From: an uncultured Nitrososphaerota archaeon
GTDB taxonomy: Archaea; Thermoproteota; Nitrososphaeria; Nitrososphaerales; Gagatemarchaeaceae
Direction: 5' to 3'
NCBI GenBank assembly: GCA_963718895.1
Contig: CAVRAG010000004.1
Coordinates: forward strand, 160,001-224,000
Length of the DNA stretch: 64,000 nucleotides
Shown here: piece after piece, positions 20,000-29,277 of the stretch
Position numbering within the stretch: position 1 is the stretch's first letter
Layout of the letters: each line of letters opens with the position of its first letter
Notes under the pieces: model-generated
What the model was told of the DNA's origin: nothing
Database searches by the model: none
What the model saw: the letters and a program-made list of their open reading frames with translations, nothing else
Translations under genes and position numbers: made by a program

Positions 20000-22366
20000 C
20001 TAGGGTGCTGGAAGCATGCGGGACACCTTCGTGTAAGCAGGTGGATTGGGTGATTCGACGACTTCGGCGTCAACCGGCGCCAACCCGTGCGCTACTGGCA
20101 GAAGTCGGGTTTGGAAACCCGCCTGAGAAGCGACGGCGTCCTCGAGCGCCTCCTTGTCGACACCGAACGGCTGCAGGATGGCCAAGGCCCCTCGTAGCAA
20201 CAGTTCCACGTAGCGATCGGCGTCGTACTTGGTGGACGAATCCAGCAGCTCGACGGGGCGGACCCTCTCGCTCTGGACCTTGGATCTGTAGTCGGTGATG
20301 ACGTAGGAGACGGACTGTCCCGCCATCAGCTCCAGTCCCTCGTCAGCGAGCTGCCTTATGGCGGAGATCTGGACGAGGTTGCTGTTGTACTGGTCGTGGT
20401 CCTTTGAGAGCGAGTTCAGTATCACAAGGTCGGCGATGGGGACGCCCCCGCCCCGTATCTTGTCGGCGTAGCTCCTTACTGTCTGGATGGCGTCCGGGAT
20501 GAAGCGCCTGGCCTCATCGAGGGTCTTGCCCTGCGCGAGCTGCTGTAGCAGCTCACTCTGGCAATCCGTGACCACCTTGATCCCGTCGCTCCGCCTGAGC
20601 TCGATCCCTCTAATCTTCATGGACCCATCCTCGAATATACCGAAGTAGCGGTTGAGGACAGGGACGTCGTCATGCATCCTGCTCGGCAGGAAGGCTATCC
20701 ATCTGTAGATGCCCTCGAACGCGAGCGGTAGTCCTATGGCGGCCTGAATCTCCCGGCGCAGCTCCTCGAAGTCCCTCTCGGTCGCTCCTGGTCTTCTCAC
20801 CCAGAGAGAGTCGACTATCCCGTGCACGACCTCGAAGCCCCTCATCTCCGCAATCCGAACCGTTTCGAGCAGAATCTGCCGCGCGTACGCGCAGACGGAG
20901 ATGTGACAGTCGATTAGCCCGAACTTCGCATTTCTGAAACTTAGATATCCGAACGAGCACACTAAAATCCCCTTGAGGGCGTCCATCCTCGATGCATAGA
21001 CTCTCATGAGCTCGGGGTCTTTCTCGTTCTTCTTCAGCAGCTTGTAATCCAGCCTCTTCGTGAGTATGGGTTGAAGGCTCCTCGGAATAACGCCGTCCCG
21101 CTTCTCGCAGATGTGATAGCCGACGTCAGGCACCCGTGTACTCGAGTCCGGGCAGCACCAGCAAAGGACCGTCTCGGCGCTGACGTTGTGCTCTGTCATG
21201 ATGAAGGGGAAGAGCGAACTGAAGTCTATCTCCCCTACATCCTCGTGGAGCCCGACCTTCGGCTCGTAGATGAATCCTCCCCGGTCCCCCGCAAGGAGGG
21301 TCTTGGCGGTTTTCGGTATCTCCGCCCGGCTGGGCTTCCACGGTATCAGGAGTTCGTCCTTGAAGGCGACGTATGCCTGCAGGCTGCTGAGGCACTTGCC
21401 TATCGAGGCGCGGCTCCCCTTGTGCAGTGGTATTCGGCAGAGGCGGGCAATCTCGAAGAGACCGTCCAAGCCACACTCTGAGAAGACGAAGTAGTTCTCT
21501 GCGTCGAGGTTGATCCGGCCGTAGAGTTTGTGGGAGGTCGGCGTGTGGAGGACCTTGCCGTAGGCCATGTACGAAGTCCCCCTCTTGGTGAGCCTTCTCA
21601 GAGGTTCCCGGTCCCGGCTCAGGATGAGCTTGTCAGAGATGCCGTTCGCCCAGGCCCTCTCCGCTAGGTAGTGAGTGGTGAAGCTGTCGCCCCGCTGGAC
21701 GAAGATGATGTCGGGGTCGAGTTGTCGGATGGCATCCACGAGGGAGAGAATCTTCGCCCGCTCGTCTCCTTCCCCTATCTCTATCGTGGTCTCCGCGCTC
21801 TTCACGGTTACCCTTTCGATTGGGTCTGAGAACTTTGGTATGCTGCCTGACGCATCCACGTAGACCTCGATCCAGGCCTTCCTCAGGAGAGGGGCCAGGT
21901 AGTCCTTCGACATCACAGAGTCGAGGAGCTTCCACCTGATGGAAGCGCCCGCCTGCTGGGCCCTGACGCGGGCGAGCGGGAAGAGATCCTTCTCGAAGAA
22001 ATATGTCTGCGCAGGCATCAGGTCGGCGTTGAAGATGCGGAACGGCGAGCCGACCTCGAGCGCTTCCATCTCCCTGGCGAGCTTCTCCGAGTTTTCGGCG
22101 TTCCTGAGCGTGAGCTTGAGGACTGGGCGCTTCGCGTACTCGAAGATGTTGATGCGCCTGTTCACATACTCGCACGAGAAGACGATGTACTGGTGTTCAG
22201 CCCACTCGGCTAGCTTCTCCAGCCCCTCAGCGGAGGATGAGACGAATATCGCGTTGCGCCAACTGTCGGTCAGGCGGACCGTATTCCCGTCGTCTTTCTT
22301 GACCCATGCCACCATCTCCCCGTTCCGTCCGGGATAGACGTCTAGGAGCCAGCCCTCGATTTCCAT
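20000..22366 (-). CDS. polB2: Family B DNA polymerase, PolB2 (Dpo2) group
   Basis: DFSSLFP, LKGILVCSFGY, HGIVDSLWV in place of YGDTDS, eroded exonuclease motifs; downstream of a RadA-like gene and small helical genes. Confidence 0.9.
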   Translation of the reverse strand: MEIEGWLLDVYPGRNGEMVAWVKKDDGNTVRLTDSWRNAIFVSSSAEGLEKLAEWAEHQYIVFSCEYVNRRINIFEYAKRPVLKLTLRNAENSEKLAREMEALEVGSPFRIFNADLMPAQTYFFEKDLFPLARVRAQQAGASIRWKLLDSVMSKDYLAPLLRKAWIEVYVDASGSIPKFSDPIERVTVKSAETTIEIGEGDERAKILSLVDAIRQLDPDIIFVQRGDSFTTHYLAERAWANGISDKLILSRDREPLRRLTKRGTSYMAYGKVLHTPTSHKLYGRINLDAENYFVFSECGLDGLFEIARLCRIPLHKGSRASIGKCLSSLQAYVAFKDELLIPWKPSRAEIPKTAKTLLAGDRGGFIYEPKVGLHEDVGEIDFSSLFPFIMTEHNVSAETVLCWCCPDSSTRVPDVGYHICEKRDGVIPRSLQPILTKRLDYKLLKKNEKDPELMRVYASRMDALKGILVCSFGYLSFRNAKFGLIDCHISVCAYARQILLETVRIAEMRGFEVVHGIVDSLWVRRPGATERDFEELRREIQAAIGLPLAFEGIYRWIAFLPSRMHDDVPVLNRYFGIFEDGSMKIRGIELRRSDGIKVVTDCQSELLQQLAQGKTLDEARRFIPDAIQTVRSYADKIRGGGVPIADLVILNSLSKDHDQYNSNLVQISAIRQLADEGLELMAGQSVSYVITDYRSKVQSERVRPVELLDSSTKYDADRYVELLLRGALAILQPFGVDKEALEDAVASQAGFQTRLLPVAHGLAPVDAEVVESPNPPAYTKVSRMLPAP

Positions 22367-22626
22367 GCCTCGACCTCAGCCTTCAGCTTCTCGAGCTCAC
22401 CCTCGAATCCCTTGATGCGCCTCTCCTGCATGAGCAGGACCGTGAGGAAGAAGGGTTCGGTCAGGTAGTCCTTGCCGGATTGCTCGACTGACTCGAGGTA
22501 CCTCCAGCAGGACTCCATCATCTCCCGGGCGACCTGCCTGTCCTCGAACCTCAGCGCCTCGATGAACGGCCTCCAGCTCTCAAGCTCCTCCTTGAAGAGC
22601 CTGACGTTGACCTTCTCTTCAATCAC
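22342..22626 (-). CDS. Small alpha-helical PolB2-associated protein (arCOG07300-like), copy 2
   Basis: EELESWRPFIEALRFEDRQ...FFLTVLLMQERRI; overlaps the polB2 start. Confidence 0.75.
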   Translation of the reverse strand: MIEEKVNVRLFKEELESWRPFIEALRFEDRQVAREMMESCWRYLESVEQSGKDYLTEPFFLTVLLMQERRIKGFEGELEKLKAEVEAWKSRAGS

Positions 22627-22891
22627 CGCTGCGCATCTCCAACCTGAGCTTCTCTATCGCTACCGAGAGGTCCTCGAGCCGTCTCGCGTGGTCGAACGCC
22701 ATCGCCATGAACATCCCCTCGAATCTGACCGGGCGGACGGCGTTCGAGGAGGCGGAGCAGTATGTCCTCGCCTTGTTGAACATGGCGTCGAGGGCCTCCT
22801 TCGATCCTGTTCCGAGGGAGCGCCTGTACCGCGACCAGCTCGCTATCTCCTGTTCAAGGGCTATCCGGAACGACGGCACGGTCCTACCCGT
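22619..22891 (-). CDS. Small alpha-helical PolB2-associated protein (arCOG07300-like), copy 1; probable ACG start at 22891
   Basis: (M)GRTVPSFRIALEQEIASWSRYRRSL...ARTYCSASSNAVRPVRFEGMFM. Confidence 0.8.
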   Translation of the reverse strand, partial: TGRTVPSFRIALEQEIASWSRYRRSLGTGSKEALDAMFNKARTYCSASSNAVRPVRFEGMFMAMAFDHARRLEDLSVAIEKLRLEMRSGD

Positions 22892-23648
22892 GGAGCTTCA
22901 CCTCCGTCTTGAGCGTGTCTTGGTTATAGCTGGCGGGACCCGCATCACACAGGAACTCCGCCGGAGCCTTCCAAGGATGCTTGAAGAGGTGCAACGCGAC
23001 GCGGCGGCCGCTCTCGGTGATCTCGGCCGATATGTTGCAGCACCCGTCGAGGATGGGGGCGAGGGGCTCTGGCCGATTAGCCGAGGTGATGAGTATCGGG
23101 ACCTGTTCGCGTTCACTAATGTCCGAAATCGAGGAGGCGATGTCGCGGACGACCCTCTTCGCCTCGCCCTTCTCCACATCCTCGTTGAAGAGCGAGAAGA
23201 ACTCGGAGATGACCAGGAGCTTCGGCTTCCTGGTCGCGAACACGGCTGCTGAGCCCTCGATCAAAGAACCGAGCTCATAGATTGTGAATGCGCGCGAGAG
23301 CAGCTGACGGTCGAGAGCCGTGTTGTAAGCGAGATGGTGTTTGTGGGCCAGTTCCGTGAAGAGGTAGATGTCGAAGCTGTTCCCCCCGTCGATGAAGAAG
23401 GCGCTGCCCTCGAGCCCGCCATTGGCCAAGGGGAGCTGGGCGCGGATGCAGTACCTCTCCGCGGCCTGAAGCCTGATGCCTGAGCCCGTGATGAGCGCCA
23501 CCGTGTCAGGCTTGAGCCCTCCTATGAGCGAGTCCACCAGAATCATCCCGGATGTGAGGCCGAGCAGCGAACGGGCCGTGATGAAGGCCGGATGGTCCTG
23601 TCTGGGCCCCTTGGGAGGCTGTGGGAGCTGGAGACTCTTCGCTGACAT
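22884..23648 (-). CDS. Inactivated RecA/RadA-like ATPase of the PolB2 cassette
   Basis: SGMILVDSLIGGL, degenerate Walker A (ITGSGIR, no GKT), FIDGGNSFD, SRAFTIYEL. Confidence 0.82.
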   Translation of the reverse strand: MSAKSLQLPQPPKGPRQDHPAFITARSLLGLTSGMILVDSLIGGLKPDTVALITGSGIRLQAAERYCIRAQLPLANGGLEGSAFFIDGGNSFDIYLFTELAHKHHLAYNTALDRQLLSRAFTIYELGSLIEGSAAVFATRKPKLLVISEFFSLFNEDVEKGEAKRVVRDIASSISDISEREQVPILITSANRPEPLAPILDGCCNISAEITESGRRVALHLFKHPWKAPAEFLCDAGPASYNQDTLKTEVKLHG

Positions 23649-23774
23649 TCGACGGTCGAAGCCAGTCCGGGCTAATAATGCGGCGCTAGAGTTTCAATGG
23701 GCTCCTTGGAGAGGTGGATGAAAGTGAGTCCCAATCGCTTAAATCTCAGCGAAGGGCGTTTCCTGCTCGAGAAG

Positions 23775-24632
23775 TTGTCCAACGTCAGCTTGGGCACCTC
23801 CGGATGGTCCTACAAGGAATGGGAGGGAGTGCTCTACCCCAAGGGTGAGAAGAGGAAGCTCACCTACTACTCGAGGTACTTCAAGACGGTCGAGATAGAT
23901 TCGACTTACTACGCCTATCCGGCGAAGGCGATGGTCCAAGGATTCGCGAGTGCCACGCCTGAGGGTTTCGTCTTCTCAGCGAAGCTCCCGAAACTGATCA
24001 CCCACGAGAAGAGGCTGGATGTCGCGAGGGGGGTCCAGCAGGACCTCGCGCGCTTTCTGCACGTCATGCGGCCGCTCGAGGATGCTGGGAAGCTTGGGGC
24101 CTTCCTCATCCAGCTTCCGCCGAGCTTCTCCTATGAGCGGGACCTGGCGAGCCTGGGCGGCTTCCTGAAGGTCGTCCCCTCGGACTTGCGGTTCGCGATC
24201 GAGTTCCGTCACCCGTCGTGGCTACGCCCGGACACCTGGGACCTGTTGAGGAAGTATAACGTGGCCAACACCATAGTCGATGAGCCCCTGCTTCCACCCG
24301 ATCCGGTCGTAACGGCTGACTTCTCCTACATCAGGTGGCACGGCCAGGGGACAAGGCCCTGGTACAACTACAGGTACAGCGACAAGGAGCTTGAGGCGTG
24401 GGTGCCGAGGGTGAAGGAGGTGGCCGCGAAGACCAAGAAGGTCTACGGGTATCACAACAACCATCCCTTCGGGCACGCCGTGGAGAGCGCCCTCAAGGAG
24501 ACGGAGCTCCTCGGAATCGCCAGCGACGAGCAGAGATCCCTCCAGGCTCGCGTCACTCGCGCCATCGACCTGAGGCTGAGGCGGCCGGCCGGGTCGGATC
24601 AGGAACTCCTGGACCTCGGCGCTGCTCGTTAG
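23775..24632 (+). CDS. DUF72 (YecE-like) protein, paralog 2
   Basis: GTSGWSY, EIDSTYY, IQLPPSF, IEFRH, YIRWHG, YHNNH; divergent from the PolB2 cassette. Confidence 0.9.
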   Translation: MSNVSLGTSGWSYKEWEGVLYPKGEKRKLTYYSRYFKTVEIDSTYYAYPAKAMVQGFASATPEGFVFSAKLPKLITHEKRLDVARGVQQDLARFLHVMRPLEDAGKLGAFLIQLPPSFSYERDLASLGGFLKVVPSDLRFAIEFRHPSWLRPDTWDLLRKYNVANTIVDEPLLPPDPVVTADFSYIRWHGQGTRPWYNYRYSDKELEAWVPRVKEVAAKTKKVYGYHNNHPFGHAVESALKETELLGIASDEQRSLQARVTRAIDLRLRRPAGSDQELLDLGAAR

Positions 24633-24653
24633 CTGTACCGAGCTCGGTCCAGG

Positions 24654-25175
24654 CTATTCGAGGTTCCTTGCGTCAAGACGGCTTCCGTATCTCTCCGAGA
24701 AGACGAGTTCCTCAATCGGTTTCCTGTCCTTCTTCCCGAGTATCCTCTTCCTTGGATGCCCGAAGCCGAGGACGGCTGATATCGCGAGTTCGGACGGAAT
24801 GGCAAAGTCCCTGCGGAGCTCGTTCTGCCTGACCCCCGTGAAGAGGCACGACGCGACACCGAAGTTCCAGGCCGCCAGCTCCATGTCCTGGAGCGCCCGG
24901 CCGGCATCGATCATGTAGCCCGGAACCTTCGGGTTGACGAGGATAAGGACGGCGAAATCGGCACCTCCTATCCACTGCCCGCTCGTGCTGTCCTCGGCCA
25001 GTTTCTCGAGGTTGGAGCGTTCCTGGATCAGGACGAAGCGCCAGTGCTGCGTGTTCATCGAGGATCCGGTGAGCCTAGCCGCCTCGAGGATCTTCCTCTT
25101 TGTGTCACCCGGGACCTGCTTCTTCGCGAACTCGCGCACGTCGAGCTTCGTCGCTATGCTCTCGTATGTATCCAA
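24654..25175 (-). CDS. Nitroreductase family protein
   Basis: ILEAARLTGSSMNTQHWRF, DAGRALQDMELAAWNFGVASC. Confidence 0.9.
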   Translation of the reverse strand: MDTYESIATKLDVREFAKKQVPGDTKRKILEAARLTGSSMNTQHWRFVLIQERSNLEKLAEDSTSGQWIGGADFAVLILVNPKVPGYMIDAGRALQDMELAAWNFGVASCLFTGVRQNELRRDFAIPSELAISAVLGFGHPRKRILGKKDRKPIEELVFSERYGSRLDARNLE

Positions 25176-25233
25176 TCTCGTTCGTAGAGGTCGCTGTCTG
25201 TTAGATTAGGGTTACGGTCATCCGTCCGGCACT

Positions 25234-25930
25234 CTATTCGGACTTCCACTTCTCAAGGCTGAACCCGGGCTCGTGGAATCTCGCCTGCTCCTTCTTCTCG
25301 CGCCCTATCAGCTCGATCGCGTACTCCAGGACCTTGGGGAGCTTGGCTGCTGGGAACTTGCACGCTCCGCACTGGTCCATGTGCACGATGTCGCCCGGAG
25401 CCACTGTCATGCCTGCCACCTTGACGGGCATCCCGACGCCCCTCAGTTGGATAGGTCCGTGTCCAGAGGTGAGGCCGGTGGCCAGGTACTGAACCTTCAT
25501 CTCCTTGATCTCGATGTAGTCCCTGATCGGTCCGTCGGTGAGCACTCCGTCGACTCCGAACGCCTTGAACTGTGTCGTCATGTTGCCTCCGAAGAGGCCC
25601 GAGAGCGCCTCAAGCCCGGGAGAGTAGGTCTGCTTAGCGACTGAGTATGACCGGCCGCGGCGTCTTCTCCAGCTGCTCCGGAAGGGCCCAGCGGTCCATC
25701 TTTGTGTGCTCGGCCTTCTCATCGGAGTACCACGCCGTGGCGGCGTATCCGCACACCGGCCCATGCTCAGGATAGATGCAACGGACGGAGGTGTCGGTGT
25801 AGTACTCGCCCCGCCAGGCGTCGTAGAGCTTCAGGCAGAGGTCGCTCCCCGGATACGTCGCCACCACGTTGCATATCGTCGCCGTGTCGAACTTCCGCAG
25901 CTCATGGATGATACGGACCTCTTCAGTCAT
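25234..25930 (-). pseudogene. RraA/HMG-aldolase family gene split by a +1 frameshift at about 25642 (pseudogene or assembly error)
   Basis: DTATICN and GYAAT in one frame; LFGGNM, TDGPIRD and PGDIVHMDQCG in the next; removing one base gives RPVILVAKQ. Confidence 0.8.
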
Positions 25931-25975
25931 GTGCTCTCGTTCATCTGGTCCCGGTTTTCTAGTCTGGCTGCCTTT

Positions 25976-26689
25976 CTACAGAGCCAAGAGCACGGCCGCT
26001 TCTATCACACCGATTATCAGGTACACGACGAAGGTCACCACGAGGGTTACGACTACGTAGACGAGGACCTTGTCGGTCGGGGTCTTGAGGACGATCGGCA
26101 GTCCAACATATAGTATGTAGAGCCCGTACAGGAGTCCCAGGACGGCAAGGATGGAAAGAAACGGGACTATGTCGAGTATCGCGACAAGGAAGACCGGGGT
26201 GTAGACGTAAGCCACTAGCTTCGCAGACTTGTTCAGGTCGGCGACTGACGCGAACTTGGGCGCGAGCATCATCAGGATATAGGCGACGACTACCACGCTG
26301 ATCAGGTCAAAGATGTAGGCCAGAATTCCGCCGCCGACTGCGTAGCCAATGCCGCGGCCAGACCTGAATGCCAGGTCGCCGATTAGCGTGAATACGAGCG
26401 GGATGAGCGCCAGGATTGCCACGTAGTTGACAAGCGTTGAGTTGAGCCGGGGGGCGGTGTCAGCCCTAGCGGTCATGAAGGCCTTTGGGTCTTTCACAAG
26501 GGCGATTGCGTCCATGAACGTCCCCTTGATGTCCATGCCGGAGGACCCGCCCGTCTGAGCGCCTGGTTGAGCCGTCGGACCAGGGGAACCCATCGGGGTC
26601 GAGGAGGAATCCGTCTTCAGGCTACTCCCGCAGGAGGCACAGAATGTAGCGTTGTCATCGTTCTGAGCGCCGCATTTTGGACAGAACAA
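25976..26689 (-). CDS. Zinc-ribbon + Yip1-domain membrane protein
   Basis: MFCPKCG...FCASCG; five TM helices; LYGLYILYVGL. Confidence 0.88.
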   Translation of the reverse strand: MFCPKCGAQNDDNATFCASCGSSLKTDSSSTPMGSPGPTAQPGAQTGGSSGMDIKGTFMDAIALVKDPKAFMTARADTAPRLNSTLVNYVAILALIPLVFTLIGDLAFRSGRGIGYAVGGGILAYIFDLISVVVVAYILMMLAPKFASVADLNKSAKLVAYVYTPVFLVAILDIVPFLSILAVLGLLYGLYILYVGLPIVLKTPTDKVLVYVVVTLVVTFVVYLIIGVIEAAVLLAL

Positions 26690-26842
26690 CGAGTGATAGA
26701 GTGAATACCTGCCTATTTAATGATTCTAGGGTTTTCCATATAGATTTTCTATCGGGCTTCATGAAACTGATGAAATCTTGTGCTTCAGGGCCCCGCGGTC
26801 TCCGCGCCATCCCTGAACACCCCGCTTGCAAATTCTCCTCCT

Positions 26843-27382
26843 TCAGTGTGCGGTGGTTTCGAACCCGGTTGAGTTCCAGAGCAGTATCCAGGGTTCCGTC
26901 TTCGTGATCAGGCGGAAGTGGCGCTCATCCTTCCGTTTGATAGTGTCAAGGGCCTGGGGGACCCCCGGCTCGAGCAACCCGACCTTGAATGAAACTCTCC
27001 CGTTTAGGGTCTTGACGTATATCGATTCATACCTTCTCTTGAAAGGCAAGCCGCGTAAACGATCGCCTGCGCCAAGGTCGACCGGGAGAACCTGCAGCAG
27101 CCCCTTGATCTCGGCGAGCGGAGGATATCTGGCTACCAGTTCCTGGGCTTCCTTCGGGCCCGTCGGCGCCTGTGATTGGACGGACCGGTAGAATCCGCCA
27201 TCGGCACGGTAGGTGTACTTCGTCCCCCAGCCGGCGGCTCTGGCGACCCCGAAGATGATGCCGCCGGGCCCTGCGCTAATCCATGCGACCCTTCTGGGGA
27301 TGCCCCTCTCCCTCGCCAGTATGGCGAATCTCGTGTACTCGGCGTTCCGCCTGAAACCGCCCGCATTCGGAAAGATGCTCAT
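26843..27382 (-). CDS. Hypothetical protein
   Basis: 179-aa ORF with TATAAG about 35 nt upstream. Confidence 0.5.
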   Translation of the reverse strand: MSIFPNAGGFRRNAEYTRFAILARERGIPRRVAWISAGPGGIIFGVARAAGWGTKYTYRADGGFYRSVQSQAPTGPKEAQELVARYPPLAEIKGLLQVLPVDLGAGDRLRGLPFKRRYESIYVKTLNGRVSFKVGLLEPGVPQALDTIKRKDERHFRLITKTEPWILLWNSTGFETTAH

Positions 27383-27608
27383 CCTCCTCTGTCTCTCCCG
27401 CGAAGAGGTTTCTGACCGCTTATAGGGTGTACCGCGGGTCTGCCTGAGTCACCGACGCCCCGTTCCGGGACGACGGCTGAACTTGGCAACTAGACGGGCG
27501 CGAGATCGCAGGGGGTCCCGGGGGCGTCTTCCAGCGCCCGGGACGTCCTGTGGCTGAGACCGGTTACCCTCTCCTTGCTCGAGCAGAGGGGGAGACCCTC
27601 GGCCCCTC

Positions 27609-28250
27609 CTAGGTCATCTCCATCTCTTGGTCGGAGTTCCCGCCTGTCTGAGGTATGTCAGGGAACTTCTGCATCCTCGTCTCTGCGACGGCCGCTGCCT
27701 CTGCCAGGGCCCTCTCCGCCTCCTCGTTCGCCGTCTCGAAGTTGAGCGAGGAGCCGCTTACCGAGCCGGCATCGACGAGGATTCCGCTCAGAAGGCCCGA
27801 GATCTCGCTCATCTCGCCCTCCGCCTCTGGCATCACTCCAGACAGGCCCTCTCTGAGGTTGCGGACTATGGACGTGGCCGGAGCCAGAGTAAGGACCACG
27901 TCGCCAAGCTCCGTGACTGTGTTGAGCCTGAGGACTATCTGCTCAAGGGCCAGCTTGGACTGGGTGACCATCTTGCTCATCTTACGAAGCTCAGCCAGCT
28001 CGTTGGCGAACATCGAAGCCCTCGCAGAGTCCCTCTTCTGCAGAGAAGCCACGATCTTGTTGAACAGAAACGCGTCCCTATCCCTCATCTTGAATATTGC
28101 CGCATCCAGTTTCGCCATGACCGTCTGTATCTGACGAGTCGCTTGATCCAGCCTCGGTTTGAGCGGCCCCGGATTGTTGAACCTCCCGATGATTCTGCTT
28201 CCAATCCCAGGGGTCTTCTTGGTATCCCAATTGTTAGAGAATTGTGACAT
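27609..28250 (-). CDS. cdvB: ESCRT-III/Snf7-family CdvB paralog without C-terminal wH domain
   Basis: LKPRLD..., ANELAELRK, LALEQIVLRLNTVTELGD, EEAERALAEAA. Confidence 0.88.
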   Translation of the reverse strand: MSQFSNNWDTKKTPGIGSRIIGRFNNPGPLKPRLDQATRQIQTVMAKLDAAIFKMRDRDAFLFNKIVASLQKRDSARASMFANELAELRKMSKMVTQSKLALEQIVLRLNTVTELGDVVLTLAPATSIVRNLREGLSGVMPEAEGEMSEISGLLSGILVDAGSVSGSSLNFETANEEAERALAEAAAVAETRMQKFPDIPQTGGNSDQEMEMT

Positions 28251-28401
28251 GGTCGATGAGTTTGGCTCGTCATCTGGTTATCTCGGCGCTAGTGAAAATC
28301 TCTTCACATTTCTATGAACTCCACTTCTCCGTCGACGATTGTTCAAATCAGGGAGGAATCGGAGATTGTCCGTGCTCTGCTCGCGTGCCATCAGAGGCAT
28401 G

Positions 28402-29238
28402 CTATTCTGAGCCTGGTTCTTCGGTCTGCGGAAGAGATCTCTTCTGCATCCTGGTGAACACCCACACAGCGGCGATGACCACCGCGAGGGTTGCACCTAT
28501 CTCGAGCACGCCAATCGAACGCACCACGCCCCAGTGCGCTCCGAAGTAGTCTCCTACATACACAAGCAGCGCATCGAACATGAAGCATCCGAGCGCCGTG
28601 TAGAGCGTGAACCTGGGCAGATTCATCCGGGCGCTTCCGGCGGGGAAGGAGGCGAGGGTGCGAATGCCGGGGACCAACCGACTGAAGAAGATTATCTGGC
28701 TTCCGTGCCTCTGAAACAAGGATTGAACCCGCTGCATCTGTTCGTCGCTGATGAAGAACCGGCTCCCGTAGTTCGATATCACCTTCATCCCCAAGAAGAG
28801 ACCGATGTAGTAGTCGATGAGGGAGCCGATTACCCCCGCCAGGGTCGCCAGACCGACCGTCACCCAGAAATCTAGGCGCCCCAGGGAGACGAGGTAGCCG
28901 GCAAAGGGGAGGATGACCTCGCTGGGAAGCGGCAACGAGGTCGCCTCGAGCAGCATGAACCCGAACACCCCCAGATACCCTGTGTTGCCTATCGCGGTGA
29001 CGATGCTTGCCGTCACATTCGCGACAAGACCTGTCGGCGCGGCGCTCGCGCCTCCCGTCACTATGTCTTCAATCGAGTCAGAGAAGAGTACACTCATGGT
29101 AACTATGAAGAGCGCCGCTCCCAGCAAGGCATAGCGTGAACGCGAGTTCAGGGGGCGAAGACGCATCTGCAAGACACCGTGTCTATTCGCGCAGACCGGG
29201 ACTATTTCACGGTTTGGGGGTTGAACGGTGACGGACAT
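28402..29238 (-). CDS. DedA family membrane protein (true start probably near 29170)
   Basis: LEATSLPLPSEVILPFAG, FFSRLVPGIRTLASFPAG. Confidence 0.9.
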   Translation of the reverse strand: MSVTVQPPNREIVPVCANRHGVLQMRLRPLNSRSRYALLGAALFIVTMSVLFSDSIEDIVTGGASAAPTGLVANVTASIVTAIGNTGYLGVFGFMLLEATSLPLPSEVILPFAGYLVSLGRLDFWVTVGLATLAGVIGSLIDYYIGLFLGMKVISNYGSRFFISDEQMQRVQSLFQRHGSQIIFFSRLVPGIRTLASFPAGSARMNLPRFTLYTALGCFMFDALLVYVGDYFGAHWGVVRSIGVLEIGATLAVVIAAVWVFTRMQKRSLPQTEEPGSE

Positions 29239-29277
29239 GGCCGGCCGGTGCTGCGGAGGTGGGGTCGACCCCTCTGG

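Noticed and set aside
27425-27605. GC-rich hairpins downstream of cdvB as possible SRP or RNase P RNA
   Set aside because: No SRP helix-8 or RNase P GAGGAAAGUCC signature was seen and the region is too short; such stems are expected at this GC content
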